Assembly: GCA_038727095.1 (NCBI GenBank)
Contig: JAVYWK010000008.1
Span: 8,136 to 72,135, forward strand
Length of the DNA stretch: 64,000 nucleotides
Direction of reading: 5' to 3'
Source of the DNA: Thermofilaceae archaeon
GTDB lineage: Archaea; Thermoproteota; Thermoprotei; Thermofilales; Thermofilaceae
The translations under genes were made by a program, and so were the position numbers. Positions 19,118 through 28,345 of the stretch are shown here, one piece after another (positions within the stretch are counted from its first letter, which is position 1; each line of letters begins with the position of its first letter). The notes below the pieces were generated by a model that saw only the letters and a program-made list of their open reading frames with translations, was not told where the DNA came from and did not search any database.

Positions 19118-19738
19118 ATGAGGAAGAGAGAGCTGGAGCTCCTCCTCTCCACAATTCCGCCGCACCCAAGCCCGAAGCTGGAGCTGGAGCAGTACGCGAC
19201 TCCAGTCCACTTGGCTTCACGGCTCCTCTGGGTGGCGGCATTCTCTTTCCACGATCTCCCCGCCCAAATCGTGACCGATCTTGGAGCCGGAACGGGTAGG
19301 CTCGGGATCGGGGCTGCGCTAATGGGCTCCGAATACGTGCTGCTTGTCGAATTGGACCGCGAGGCCTTGAAGGTGGCCATTGAGGCCGCCAGGCGGTTGG
19401 GCGTTGACGCGCGGGTGGACGCCGTTTGCGCCGACGTTAGGTTCCTGACCCTCTCCCGGAGAGCCCGCTGTGCGCTTCAGAACCCTCCGTTTGGCGTGCA
19501 TGGGAGGGGGGCCGACGTCGCCTTTCTAGCGGCCGCGTTGAGGTTGGCCGAGAGGGTGTACAGCGTGCATAAGGCTGAGACCATCCACTACGTACTCGAG
19601 AAGTGCCGCGAGAAGGGGGCTGAAGCGACGCTGCTCTTTGAGGACGTAGTCAGGCTCCCCCCCACGATGCCGCACCATCACAAGAGGGAGCACCGCGTGA
19701 GAGTGGTAGTCGTCAGAGCGGCACCTTTTTCTTCGTGA
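19118..19738 (+). CDS. METTL5-family RNA methyltransferase
   Basis: LEQYATP, DLGAGTG, NPPFG. Confidence 0.88.
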   Translation: MRKRELELLLSTIPPHPSPKLELEQYATPVHLASRLLWVAAFSFHDLPAQIVTDLGAGTGRLGIGAALMGSEYVLLVELDREALKVAIEAARRLGVDARVDAVCADVRFLTLSRRARCALQNPPFGVHGRGADVAFLAAALRLAERVYSVHKAETIHYVLEKCREKGAEATLLFEDVVRLPPTMPHHHKREHRVRVVVVRAAPFSS

Positions 19739-19753
19739 CGCGTTGAGCGCCCT

Positions 19754-20311
19754 GTGGGTGAAGAGGGGTTCGCGGTTCCCGGCGATGAACTCGGGGTCAT
19801 TGAGGAGTACATGCCGGCGCATAACGCTTACGAGTTCGACGGCGTGGTGAGGGCGAAGGCTGTTGGGCGCGCGAAGCTGGACGCAATCAAGCACGAGGCT
19901 CGCGTCGTTGAGGCTAAGCGCCCGCCTCTACCTAAGAGCGGTGATGTCATCCATGCGATCGTCGCGGTTGTCAGGGACGCTGTCGCTTACGCCGACATCT
20001 TCTACAACGAGACAGCGAAGGTGTTCTACCCCGTGCCCTTTAGGGGGGTCATTCACATATCGGAAGCGAGCAACGAGAGACTGAGGAGCTTACACGAGGT
20101 CTACGGCTACGGGGACGTCCTCCGGGCGCGCGTCCTATCCCGTAAACCACCCTACATGCTCTCAACTAGGGGGCCTGAGTACGGCCTCCTCCTCACCCGT
20201 TGCCCAAAGTGCTTGACACCGCTGAAGAAGAAGGGGCTCTGGCTCTACTGCCCGACGTGCAGGAGAACGCACAAGAAGAGGAAGATTTCAAGGTACTACG
20301 CGTTGAGATGA
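19754..20311 (+). CDS. csl4: Exosome RNA-binding subunit Csl4
   Basis: VPGDELG..EEY, S1 domain IHISE, CPKC..CPTC Zn ribbon. Confidence 0.9.
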   Translation: MGEEGFAVPGDELGVIEEYMPAHNAYEFDGVVRAKAVGRAKLDAIKHEARVVEAKRPPLPKSGDVIHAIVAVVRDAVAYADIFYNETAKVFYPVPFRGVIHISEASNERLRSLHEVYGYGDVLRARVLSRKPPYMLSTRGPEYGLLLTRCPKCLTPLKKKGLWLYCPTCRRTHKKRKISRYYALR

Positions 20312-20943
20312 GCGCGAGAAGGAAGAGAGTGATAACCCTCAAGTTCGCTTCGGCCAGCGAAGCGGCAGAGTTCCTCCAGTATGCACTTACGAGAGTCGAG
20401 AATTTAGCCGCTGAGCAATCAGGCCCTTCGCTCAAGCTCATCCTCCTAGCTCCGCCCGTGAAATCCGAGGAGGATTACCGGAAGCTTATAGCACTCCTGA
20501 AGGAGTGGAGGACGTCTAGGCAGGCTCCGAGGAAGGGCTTCTTCAGGCATAGCATCGGCCTCCTGCTAGCCTCCGCCAACCTTAAAGCGGGCATACCGTT
20601 AGCGGCACTTGCTGATACGCTGACCCTCATGGGGTACAAGGCGCGCGTGGATGGGGGGCACCTGGTCACGAACGCTCCCTTCAAGCGAGCCGTAGAGGTC
20701 GCAGAAACCTTTTCTGCGAAGTACTCTGAAGCCTTCGAAACCCCCGCCGCCCCTCTAGCGAGGAGATTGGCGGCGGTGTTAGCTACGGCGCTCGACCTCA
20801 CCGTGGAGGAAGCCTTCGAAGAGCTGCAGCGCTTAAACATCGTGAAGGTGGACGAGGAGAGCGGTAAGTACGTGCTGAGCGTCAACTACGAGGAGGCCTT
20901 GAAACGGCTCTCCAACCTGGATTCAGGCTGCCAGGCACGGTAG
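20308..20943 (+). CDS. Conserved archaeal hypothetical protein (DUF2067-like)
   Basis: ATG at 20308 overlaps csl4 stop (ATGA); lies between csl4 and rpo11. Confidence 0.6.
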   Translation: MSARRKRVITLKFASASEAAEFLQYALTRVENLAAEQSGPSLKLILLAPPVKSEEDYRKLIALLKEWRTSRQAPRKGFFRHSIGLLLASANLKAGIPLAALADTLTLMGYKARVDGGHLVTNAPFKRAVEVAETFSAKYSEAFETPAAPLARRLAAVLATALDLTVEEAFEELQRLNIVKVDEESGKYVLSVNYEEALKRLSNLDSGCQAR

Positions 20944-20975
20944 GTTTTTTACCTTCGAGTTGCCAGCGCGTAGCC

Positions 20976-21269
20976 GTGGGCGAGGAGCTCAAGATATCGA
21001 TCCTACGCAACGAGCCTAACCGGTTGACACTCAAGGTGCGGGGGGAGGACCATACCCTCCTCAACCTGCTCACGGAGGAGCTACAGAAGGATGGGAGCGT
21101 AGTGTTCGCCGCGTACCGTGAAGAACACCCGCTCACCCGCGAGTATACCTTGACGATCATCACTGACGGGAGCAAGGCACCCTTCGACGCGCTCGCAGAG
21201 GCTGCAGCCAGGCTAAAAGAGCTCTTCGAGGAGCTTAGAGACCAGTGGCTCCGAGCGGTTGAGGGATGA
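20976..21269 (+). CDS. rpoL: RNA polymerase subunit Rpo11 (L)
   Basis: GEDHTLLNLL, FAAYREEHPL. Confidence 0.95.
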   Translation: MGEELKISILRNEPNRLTLKVRGEDHTLLNLLTEELQKDGSVVFAAYREEHPLTREYTLTIITDGSKAPFDALAEAAARLKELFEELRDQWLRAVEG

Positions 21270-21631
21270 AGGTTTCAGCGAGCCTGAAGGAGCTGGCCAA
21301 GCTGGGGGATGCCATCGTCAACTTCACGGTATCGGCAGCATTGACCCTCCGCGACGGGAGGCCGTGGGGCGTTAAGGTCCCTGACTCCGTGCTAAGAGCG
21401 GCTTCGAAGCGGGTGGGGATTCGCAGCCTCGGCGCGTTGAAGCCGGAAGACGTGCTCGAGGCTGTTATCGCTTACGCCTGGCTCAAGGGCTTCAGCGTCG
21501 AGGAAATGGTGAAGATTACATTAAGAGGGATGGAAAAGGGAGGGGTCGAGGAGGGGCTGGCGATCCTCACTCAGCACCTCTCACCCTACGTAAGGGAGCT
21601 TCTTGCGCTGAGAGGCGAGTCCCGCGTATGA
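21266..21631 (+). CDS. Archaeal ribonuclease III-like protein
   Basis: LAKLGDAIVNF, KVPDSVL, DVLEAVIAYAWL. Confidence 0.7.
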   Translation: MKVSASLKELAKLGDAIVNFTVSAALTLRDGRPWGVKVPDSVLRAASKRVGIRSLGALKPEDVLEAVIAYAWLKGFSVEEMVKITLRGMEKGGVEEGLAILTQHLSPYVRELLALRGESRV

Positions 21632-22095
21632 TTGCTCACGCAGTGCTCTGCTTCCTGCTGCGCGACGGAAAGGTGCTTCTAATCAGGAAGAAGAAGGGTT
21701 TCGGAGCCGGCAAGCTAGTGGGGGTTGGTGGTCACATAGAGCCGGGCGAGACACCCGAGGAAGCAGCGGTACGGGAGGTTTACGAGGAGGTTAACGTTCG
21801 CGTAAGCTCGCTAGTTAAGGTGGGTGTGCTCACGTTCTACTCGGCATCCGACGAGCCTGACTGGATCGTCCACGTCTACCTCTCTACAGACTTCGAGGGC
21901 GAGCCTAAGCCGAGCGAGGAAGCTGAACCGCACTGGTACGCGGTGGATCAGCTGCCCCTCGAGGAGATGTGGGAGGACGACAGCGTCTGGCTGCACCACG
22001 CTCTCTCAGGGGACTTCGTGGTCGGCCGCTTCTGGTTTGACGCCGAGTACAAGCGCATGCTGAAGTGGGAGCTGTCTCTGGACGCTAACGCCTGA
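21628..22095 (+). CDS. Nudix hydrolase (8-oxo-dGTP diphosphatase-like)
   Basis: KKKGFGAGK, GGHIEPGETPEEAAVREVYEE, MWEDD. Confidence 0.9.
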   Translation: MIAHAVLCFLLRDGKVLLIRKKKGFGAGKLVGVGGHIEPGETPEEAAVREVYEEVNVRVSSLVKVGVLTFYSASDEPDWIVHVYLSTDFEGEPKPSEEAEPHWYAVDQLPLEEMWEDDSVWLHHALSGDFVVGRFWFDAEYKRMLKWELSLDANA

Positions 22096-22378
22096 TTCCC
22101 GCGTGCTTGAGGAGGTCGCTTATCGTTGCGAAGGTTTTGCTTGAACCGGCTTCATCCACCGCGATTTCCTCGATAGAGAACGAGGAGAGGACATCGTGTG
22201 GCGGGCGTGAGCCGAAGGCCACCTGCCAGGGGACTCTTCTTCCCGCCGCATCAACCGCTTCAACGTACCTGCTGATCAAAACAGAGTACTTCAACCCCTT
22301 GAACTTGATCCTCACCCTCCTCGAACCGGAGCGAGCCCAATTAACGAGAGCCTCTAGCTCCCTCTGCGTGAGGGTCAT
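22085..22378 (-). CDS. Hypothetical protein
   Basis: 97-aa ORF filling the gap downstream of rpo8 on the same strand. Confidence 0.6.
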   Translation of the reverse strand: MTLTQRELEALVNWARSGSRRVRIKFKGLKYSVLISRYVEAVDAAGRRVPWQVAFGSRPPHDVLSSFSIEEIAVDEAGSSKTFATISDLLKHAGIRR

Positions 22379-22399
22379 CGACTCTTCCGCGGATCACGC

Positions 22400-22741
22400 T
22401 TATTTTACCTTTTCCAACCTCCTGAGCTTCAAGTAGACTTTCTCCAAGGGTTTCTGCTCCGGGCCCATCACTGTCAGGAGGAGCCCTCCGAAGGTATACG
22501 CGATCTTGCCCTCGCTAGCCTTCAGCGGCTTCCCGGACATCACGATGTCCCACTCATCCGTGCTCCCCAGCTCCTCTCCAAGCACTAGCTCCACTTCGTC
22601 CCCCGCAGCCGGGCGCCAACCAACCTCCTCGAGGATCTTGATGGGCACTTCCAGGGAGGCGGTGAGGCCCTCGCCCTCCATCACCAGCAGTGCGACATCC
22701 GCGTAATCATACTTCTCCACCTTAGCGACCTTGAGCTTCAC
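22400..22741 (-). CDS. rpoG: RNA polymerase subunit Rpo8 (G)
   Basis: DIVMSG and TFGGLL, the Rpb8 signature; divergent from Lsm gene. Confidence 0.75.
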   Translation of the reverse strand: MKLKVAKVEKYDYADVALLVMEGEGLTASLEVPIKILEEVGWRPAAGDEVELVLGEELGSTDEWDIVMSGKPLKASEGKIAYTFGGLLLTVMGPEQKPLEKVYLKLRRLEKVK

Positions 22742-22831
22742 AGGTGGGGTTTGACCTCCAGTTTTTATAACTCATGCTGTTGCAAGCAAAGCTATTAAAA
22801 ACGGTTTTGAGGGACGCTCGGTGACCGGAAC

Positions 22832-23275
22832 TTGGCTTACGTCGATACCGCGACGAGGAGGTTTACCTCCGAGCTTAGCTCCCTGCTCGACAAGCACGTC
22901 GTAGTGCGAACCACCGATGGGCAGAGCTTTGAGGGCACCCTACTCGGCTATGAAACCTCTAGGTACAACATCGTACTCAAGGATGCGAGAGCCCCAGGCG
23001 GCGAAACCTACCCGAGACTCATCATATACGGTCACGCGATCGCGGAGATTAGGCTAACCGAGCCCCCGCTCGACATGGAAGAGCTCGCCCGGCGCCTCGA
23101 GGAGATTTTCCCGAAGATGGTGAAGTACGTCCCTGAAGCACGGGTAATAAGCGTCATGGATAGGATTCGAGTGACCGATAAGGGGGTTGAAGGCACAGGA
23201 CCGCTAGCGGATAGAGTGAGGAGCATCTTCGAGAAGTTCGTTGAGGAGTGGCGCGCGAAGCATAAAGTGGTATGA
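22832..23275 (+). CDS. Lsm/Sm-like protein SmAP3
   Basis: Sm1/Sm2 motifs (FEGTLLGYE..NIVLKDA, IIYGHAIAEI) plus C-terminal extension. Confidence 0.85.
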   Translation: MAYVDTATRRFTSELSSLLDKHVVVRTTDGQSFEGTLLGYETSRYNIVLKDARAPGGETYPRLIIYGHAIAEIRLTEPPLDMEELARRLEEIFPKMVKYVPEARVISVMDRIRVTDKGVEGTGPLADRVRSIFEKFVEEWRAKHKVV

Positions 23276-24879
23276 GCGACTGCTTTGAGATTGAAGAGGT
23301 CGACCTCCTAGGCCGTGTGGGACGGCTCAAGACGAAGCACGGAGTCGTTAGAACCCCAGCCCTAGCCCCGGTTATCGACCCTGCTAGAAACGTCGTCCCC
23401 CCTAGCGAAGTAGCCGGCCTGGGCTACCAGCTCCTCATAACCAACGCCTACCTGATCAAGAAGAGGTACGGAGATGTAGCGACCGAGATGGGGGTTCACA
23501 ACCTCCTCGGCGTAAACGCGCCCGTAATGACGGACTCTGGCGCATACCAGCTGATGGAGTACGGGGAAGTAAGCGTCGAACCGCTCGAGATCGTCGAGTA
23601 CCAAGTTAAGCTGGGCAGCGACATCGGCGTCATCCTCGACATTCCGACCAGGCACGGGCTGTCGCGCGAAGTTGTTGCCAGAGAGGTGGAGGAGACGTTG
23701 AGAAGGGCTCGAGAAGCGTTGAGCATCGAGCGGGGGTCCATGCTCATAGTGGGACCGGTTCAGGGGGGCTTGTACTTGCACATTGTCGCTAGGGCTGCGC
23801 GCGAGCTGGCTCAAATGGACTTCGACATTTACGCGGTGGGTGGGCCAGTGCAGCTGATGATCAACTACGAGTACCGCGATCTGGTGCGGCTGGTGATGAC
23901 GGCCAAGATGAACCTCCCCCCCGGCAAGCCCCTTCACCTCTTCGGTGCCGGCAACCCCCACATGCTGGCGCTCGCAGTTGCGATGGGTGTCGATACTTTC
24001 GACTCAGCCTCCTACGCTCTCTACGCTAGGGACGGCAGGTACATGACGCCCGAAGGGGTCTACAGGCTGGACGAGCTGAGCGAGCTACCCTGCGAGTGCC
24101 CCATCTGCTCTAAAGTAACCGCTGAAGAGCTCAAGGGTTTACCGGCACAGGATAGAGTCTACAAGCTGGCTGTCCACAACCTGTACGTCCTGCAGGGGGA
24201 GTTGAAGAGGGTCAGGAACGCGATAAGGGAGGGGAGGCTCTGGGAGCTGCTGGAGCTGAGGGCGAGGAGCCACCCCGCTCTCCTGAAAGCCTTACGGGAG
24301 TACGAGAGGTATGCGGCCTTTGTGGAGAAGTACCACTACACCACGAAGGCCCGCGTGAGCGGTCTCTTCTTCTACGATTTAACGAGCCGCGGTAGGCCCG
24401 AGGTCTTTAGGCACTTCGCGCGAATCAGGGAGCGCTACGAAGCCCCGGCTTCGAGCGTTCTCGTGCTAATCATGGAGACTGAAGCGAGACCGGCTGCGAG
24501 GTTTACGTGGGTTGGGGAGTTCGTTAAGAGGGTTACGAGCGACGAAGCGCTAAGAAGCAAGGTGTGCGTAGCGACGGTCACGAGCCCCTACGGGGTCGTC
24601 CCCATCGAGCTGGAGAGCGTCTATCCTCTCGCGCAGTACGAGACGGCAATCCCTCTTGATGACTACGCGGTTGCAAACGAACTAGCCAGCGATACGACCT
24701 GGTTCGTCACTGGGGTTGGGGGCTACCGGGCCGTCGTTATCGCCTACGAGCGCGGCCTGGAAACTGCCGCTAGAATCGCTGAGAAGCTGCGTAAAAGAGG
24801 CGTGAGGGTGTACACGAGGCGTTACTCAAGCGTGGAAGACCTGGTCAACTTCGTGAAGCTGGCGCTTACGCTCATCTGA
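23272..24879 (+). CDS. tgtA: tRNA-guanine(15) transglycosylase
   Basis: ITNAY, MTDSGAYQ, LDIP, VQGG, HLFGAG, DTFDSASY, CECPIC, HNL. Confidence 0.95.
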   Translation: MSDCFEIEEVDLLGRVGRLKTKHGVVRTPALAPVIDPARNVVPPSEVAGLGYQLLITNAYLIKKRYGDVATEMGVHNLLGVNAPVMTDSGAYQLMEYGEVSVEPLEIVEYQVKLGSDIGVILDIPTRHGLSREVVAREVEETLRRAREALSIERGSMLIVGPVQGGLYLHIVARAARELAQMDFDIYAVGGPVQLMINYEYRDLVRLVMTAKMNLPPGKPLHLFGAGNPHMLALAVAMGVDTFDSASYALYARDGRYMTPEGVYRLDELSELPCECPICSKVTAEELKGLPAQDRVYKLAVHNLYVLQGELKRVRNAIREGRLWELLELRARSHPALLKALREYERYAAFVEKYHYTTKARVSGLFFYDLTSRGRPEVFRHFARIRERYEAPASSVLVLIMETEARPAARFTWVGEFVKRVTSDEALRSKVCVATVTSPYGVVPIELESVYPLAQYETAIPLDDYAVANELASDTTWFVTGVGGYRAVVIAYERGLETAARIAEKLRKRGVRVYTRRYSSVEDLVNFVKLALTLI

Positions 24880-24881
24880 AA

Positions 24882-24927
24882 CCGGCCGCGAGCGGTAGCT
24901 CGCGATCGGCGGCGGAAGGGTGGCCGC
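24882..24927. terminator. Two GC-rich hairpins between convergent genes
   Basis: CGCGAGC-ggta-GCTCGCG (24887-24904) and GCGGC...GCCGC (24909-24927). Confidence 0.35.
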
Positions 24928-24928
24928 A

Positions 24929-25666
24929 TTAGACGTAGAACGTCGGCACGCTGGGAGTCCTGCTCTCCCGGCCCATCCTCTTGCGGAGCTCCTCAAACTC
25001 GCGCTCCAGCCGCGCCTTCTCTTCGGCCATTCTCATTAAATCGCTCACATCCACTTCTACTTGTAGCACGCGGGAGATGAACTCGACGGCCGCCTTGGCC
25101 GCCATCGGATCGATCGAGCTCGGATCGGCATAGGGCAGCACAGCCACTGCGGGGAAGTCATGGGCCTCGTAGTACGCCAGCATGGCTGCTAGGGGTCCTA
25201 CGATCGACAGACCCTCCTCGAGCTGCTGCAGCCCTTTGACGAGGTTGTCATAGCGGGCTAGGAAGGTTCTGGTAGCAGCGTACCTCATCGTATTTCCGCC
25301 CTTCCTGTAGCTGGCGTCGAGCCCCCCTACCAGCAGTGCAACTTTAGCTCCGCCAGCCACGCTGGCCTCAGCGAGCTTGTAGGGGATGCGGATCAAGTCA
25401 GCTTGGGGGAGTGGGACGTTCGGCAGGAAGACGACCGCTAACCCCACATCGTACAGCTCGTAAGGTGTGATAAGGCCCTCGGGGCCGGCATTCACGACTT
25501 GAGGCATGTATGGCGAAACCACGTAACCGATCTTCCTCCCGCCGAGAGCCTTTACGAGGTGCCTAGCAGTCAAGTACCCGACTAAGCCGAAGCCGTGGTA
25601 GCCTGCCACGAAAACCTTGTTTGCGAAGGCGTCGCTCTCGACTCGGACCTCCACCCTAAGAGGCAC
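24929..25666 (-). CDS. Proteasome assembly chaperone (PAC2 family)
   Basis: GYHGFGLVGYL, VGGLD, IVGPLA, DPMAA. Confidence 0.85.
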   Translation of the reverse strand: MPLRVEVRVESDAFANKVFVAGYHGFGLVGYLTARHLVKALGGRKIGYVVSPYMPQVVNAGPEGLITPYELYDVGLAVVFLPNVPLPQADLIRIPYKLAEASVAGGAKVALLVGGLDASYRKGGNTMRYAATRTFLARYDNLVKGLQQLEEGLSIVGPLAAMLAYYEAHDFPAVAVLPYADPSSIDPMAAKAAVEFISRVLQVEVDVSDLMRMAEEKARLEREFEELRKRMGRESRTPSVPTFYV

Positions 25667-25711
25667 AGGTTCACCCGACCGTAAAGTTGCGCGCCGATCT
25701 TAAAAAGCCAC

Positions 25712-26095
25712 TCACTGAATCAGCACTGCGTTGACTACGCCGTCCTGCCCGGGCCTCGACGTTACAACAGCCCTACCCAGCTCCGTCTCTACGATCGCGC
25801 CCCTCGTTATGACCCCCCTCCTGTCGTAGTCCTTGCTGCTTGGGTTGGAAACAACCCTTAGAATCCTCACCCTCCTGCTCTGCCCCGTCTTCGGGTCAAC
25901 AACGTTGGCATGCTCGGCGAACTTGAGCTTGATCTTTAGGTTTCCGCCTCGCGTCCTAACATGGATCCTGCGCTCCGTGCCGGGCAGCGTCTCGATCGGA
26001 GGCCTCCCCATCCAGTACCTCCTCTTCACTTTCACGTGCCTACCCTTTAGCCCGCCCGTGATCTTCCTCAGATCGTTGCCCTGGTAAATGCCCAT
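25712..26095 (-). CDS. rps8e: 30S ribosomal protein S8e
   Basis: RTRGGN, ITRGAI, VTSRPGQDGVVNAVL. Confidence 0.97.
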   Translation of the reverse strand: MGIYQGNDLRKITGGLKGRHVKVKRRYWMGRPPIETLPGTERRIHVRTRGGNLKIKLKFAEHANVVDPKTGQSRRVRILRVVSNPSSKDYDRRGVITRGAIVETELGRAVVTSRPGQDGVVNAVLIQ

Positions 26096-26147
26096 ACGCT
26101 CGCCTCTCTAACGCCCACTTTAAAAACCTTGGTACCTTAATTACAGC

Positions 26148-26462
26148 GTGGAGGAGGGTAGGAGGCCGGTCGTGCTCTGGCCCGTCTACTTCGATGCTAC
26201 AAAGAGCAGGTCCGCCCGACGCCGCGTCCCCGCGAGCCTGGCTGTGAAAGGCGTGACGCCGGAGGACTTGCTTAAAGCGGCGCAGGCAGCAGGCTACAGG
26301 GCGGAGCTGGACGCCAGCGCTAAGCACCCTGCTACGTGGTTCGAAAGTAGCGGCCGAGTTTTAGTGTACACCGATGAGCGCAAGAGCCTCGTCATAAGGA
26401 AGGTGGCAGAGCAGCTCAAGAAGCTGAAATCTGAGAGGCCCGAAGCCCCACGTAAGCGCTAA
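26148..26462 (+). CDS. srp19: Signal recognition particle protein Srp19
   Basis: VLWPVYFDATKSRSARRRVP..LAV, KHP, GRVLV. Confidence 0.92.
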   Translation: MEEGRRPVVLWPVYFDATKSRSARRRVPASLAVKGVTPEDLLKAAQAAGYRAELDASAKHPATWFESSGRVLVYTDERKSLVIRKVAEQLKKLKSERPEAPRKR

Positions 26463-28345
26463 ACCCCCTTTAACGCCTTCTCCAACTCCTCGCTAACGAG
26501 CTTGTTGATCAGAGCTCCATCAACTCTCCCTCGGAGCTTACGCATGACCGCGCCCATTACTTGACCGAAGGCGGCGCTGCCTCTCTCCCTAACTAGGCTC
26601 TCCATCTCCTTGATAATCCCCCGGATAACCTCCCTCGCCTCCTCCACCGGGAGGGGGGTTAGCCCGAGGATCCTTACAGCCTCTTCGGCTGTGAGGGAGG
26701 GGTTCTCGGAGAGCTGCTTGAGAACCGCCGGTATCGCCTCCTTCACAAGCCCTCCTTTCACCACCAGCCTGAAGACGTCCACCAGGTGCTCGTCGCCGAG
26801 GTTCTGGACGGGGACTCCGTCCCTCCGCAGCTCGACGAGAGTCCCCTCCAGCGTGGAGGCGACGAGGGTCGGCAGTGCTCCAACCTCCGCTACGATGCGC
26901 TCGAAGAGGTCGAGCCTGTAGGATCGTAAGAGCTTCCTGGCCAGGTCGTGGCTCAGCCCGTACACCTTGACGAAACGTTCGAACTTCGCTTCGGGCGGTT
27001 CGGGAAGCTTCAGCTTGAGCTCCTCCAGCAGCTGCGTGGGGATGGGGACCGGCCGAATGTCGGTCTCCGGGTACATCCTCGCCCTACCCGGCATCGGCCT
27101 CATGAACCTCGTTGTGCCGTCCGGGTTCGCGGCTCGCGTCTCCGGCGGCACCCCCTCCAGAGCTTCCCTCGCCCTCTCTAGCACGGCCTCGATAGCCCTT
27201 TCCGCCTTCCGCGCCTCCTCGAACACGAGGACGAAGGCGTCTCCCTCGCCGCAGCTGAGCGCCTTGCGCACCCCCAGAACCTCATCGGCGCTAATCCCGT
27301 ACCCGGGCAGCTCATCGCTGTGGAAGAGCCCGCCCACCTCAGCCCAGTAGCGCGCCCTATCGGCCATCTCCGTGCCCAGCCGCCGCCCGGGTTGGAGCTC
27401 CCGGGCGAGTAGGCCTGCGAAGCCGGGCAGCTTTACTGCTAGAGCTACTCCTCCGCTCGCCAGCGCCTTTCTAGCTACGCGGGAGCTCGTGTCTCTGAAC
27501 AGTTCGGTGACATCCACTGCCCTCTGGTTGAGGGCCTCCGCCGACACGCCGCGCCTCCTCAGCTCCTCTCTAATCTCGAGGAGAGCCTTCTGCCTCTTCA
27601 CCTCAAGCTCAACGACCCTGGGGATCAACTCGAGCTCCTGAACCCCCTTCACTTCGACCCTCGCACCCCCCTCCACCGAGATGTTCAAGTCCTGCCTAAT
27701 CGTCCCCAACCCCCTCTTCACCCGTCCCGTCATGCGGAGCAGCTGGCCGATCCTCATCGCTGCTAAGCCCGCCTCCTCGGGGCTCGTTAGAGCGGGGGCC
27801 GTCGCGATCTCCACCAGCGGGATCCCGAGTCGATCCAGCCGGTACACGACCTCGCTCCCAGACTCCCCCATCTTCCTCGCCGCATCCTCCTCCAGGCAGA
27901 CGGTGGCAATGGGGACCCTCTTCCCCTCCACGTCCACCCAGCCGTCCATGCCGATGAGAGCCGTCCGCTGGAAGCCTGTGGTGTTCGACCCGTCGATGAC
28001 GATCTTCCGCATCACGTGGACCTCGTCGACAACCTTGCAGTTGAAGGTGAGGCAGATGAGCAGCACAGCCTCCAGCGCCTCGCGGTTGAGGGGGTGCGGC
28101 GGCTCCTCGTCCATCTCTACCAGGCAGGTGTTATCGAGGAACGACTCGTAGGCGAAGATCCTCCCCTTCGAGTACTCGAAGACCGCCGCGGGGTCCAGCT
28201 CCCCCAGCTCGCTCCTCGCGAGCCTCAACCATCTCCTGTACGTGAAATCGGGATCGTCCCTCCTCAGCTCGGTCGGGCAGCTGCAGAACAGCTTCCCCCT
28301 CGTGTCGAGCATCTGGTGGATTTCGAGACCCACTCGGCAGCTCAC
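26459..28345 (-). CDS. gatE: Glu-tRNA(Gln) amidotransferase subunit E
   Basis: GLEIHQ, KLFC, DEEPPH, IDGSNTTGFQRT, RMYPETD; start set at GTG 28345 overlapping the gatD stop. Confidence 0.96.
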   Translation of the reverse strand: MSCRVGLEIHQMLDTRGKLFCSCPTELRRDDPDFTYRRWLRLARSELGELDPAAVFEYSKGRIFAYESFLDNTCLVEMDEEPPHPLNREALEAVLLICLTFNCKVVDEVHVMRKIVIDGSNTTGFQRTALIGMDGWVDVEGKRVPIATVCLEEDAARKMGESGSEVVYRLDRLGIPLVEIATAPALTSPEEAGLAAMRIGQLLRMTGRVKRGLGTIRQDLNISVEGGARVEVKGVQELELIPRVVELEVKRQKALLEIREELRRRGVSAEALNQRAVDVTELFRDTSSRVARKALASGGVALAVKLPGFAGLLARELQPGRRLGTEMADRARYWAEVGGLFHSDELPGYGISADEVLGVRKALSCGEGDAFVLVFEEARKAERAIEAVLERAREALEGVPPETRAANPDGTTRFMRPMPGRARMYPETDIRPVPIPTQLLEELKLKLPEPPEAKFERFVKVYGLSHDLARKLLRSYRLDLFERIVAEVGALPTLVASTLEGTLVELRRDGVPVQNLGDEHLVDVFRLVVKGGLVKEAIPAVLKQLSENPSLTAEEAVRILGLTPLPVEEAREVIRGIIKEMESLVRERGSAAFGQVMGAVMRKLRGRVDGALINKLVSEELEKALKGV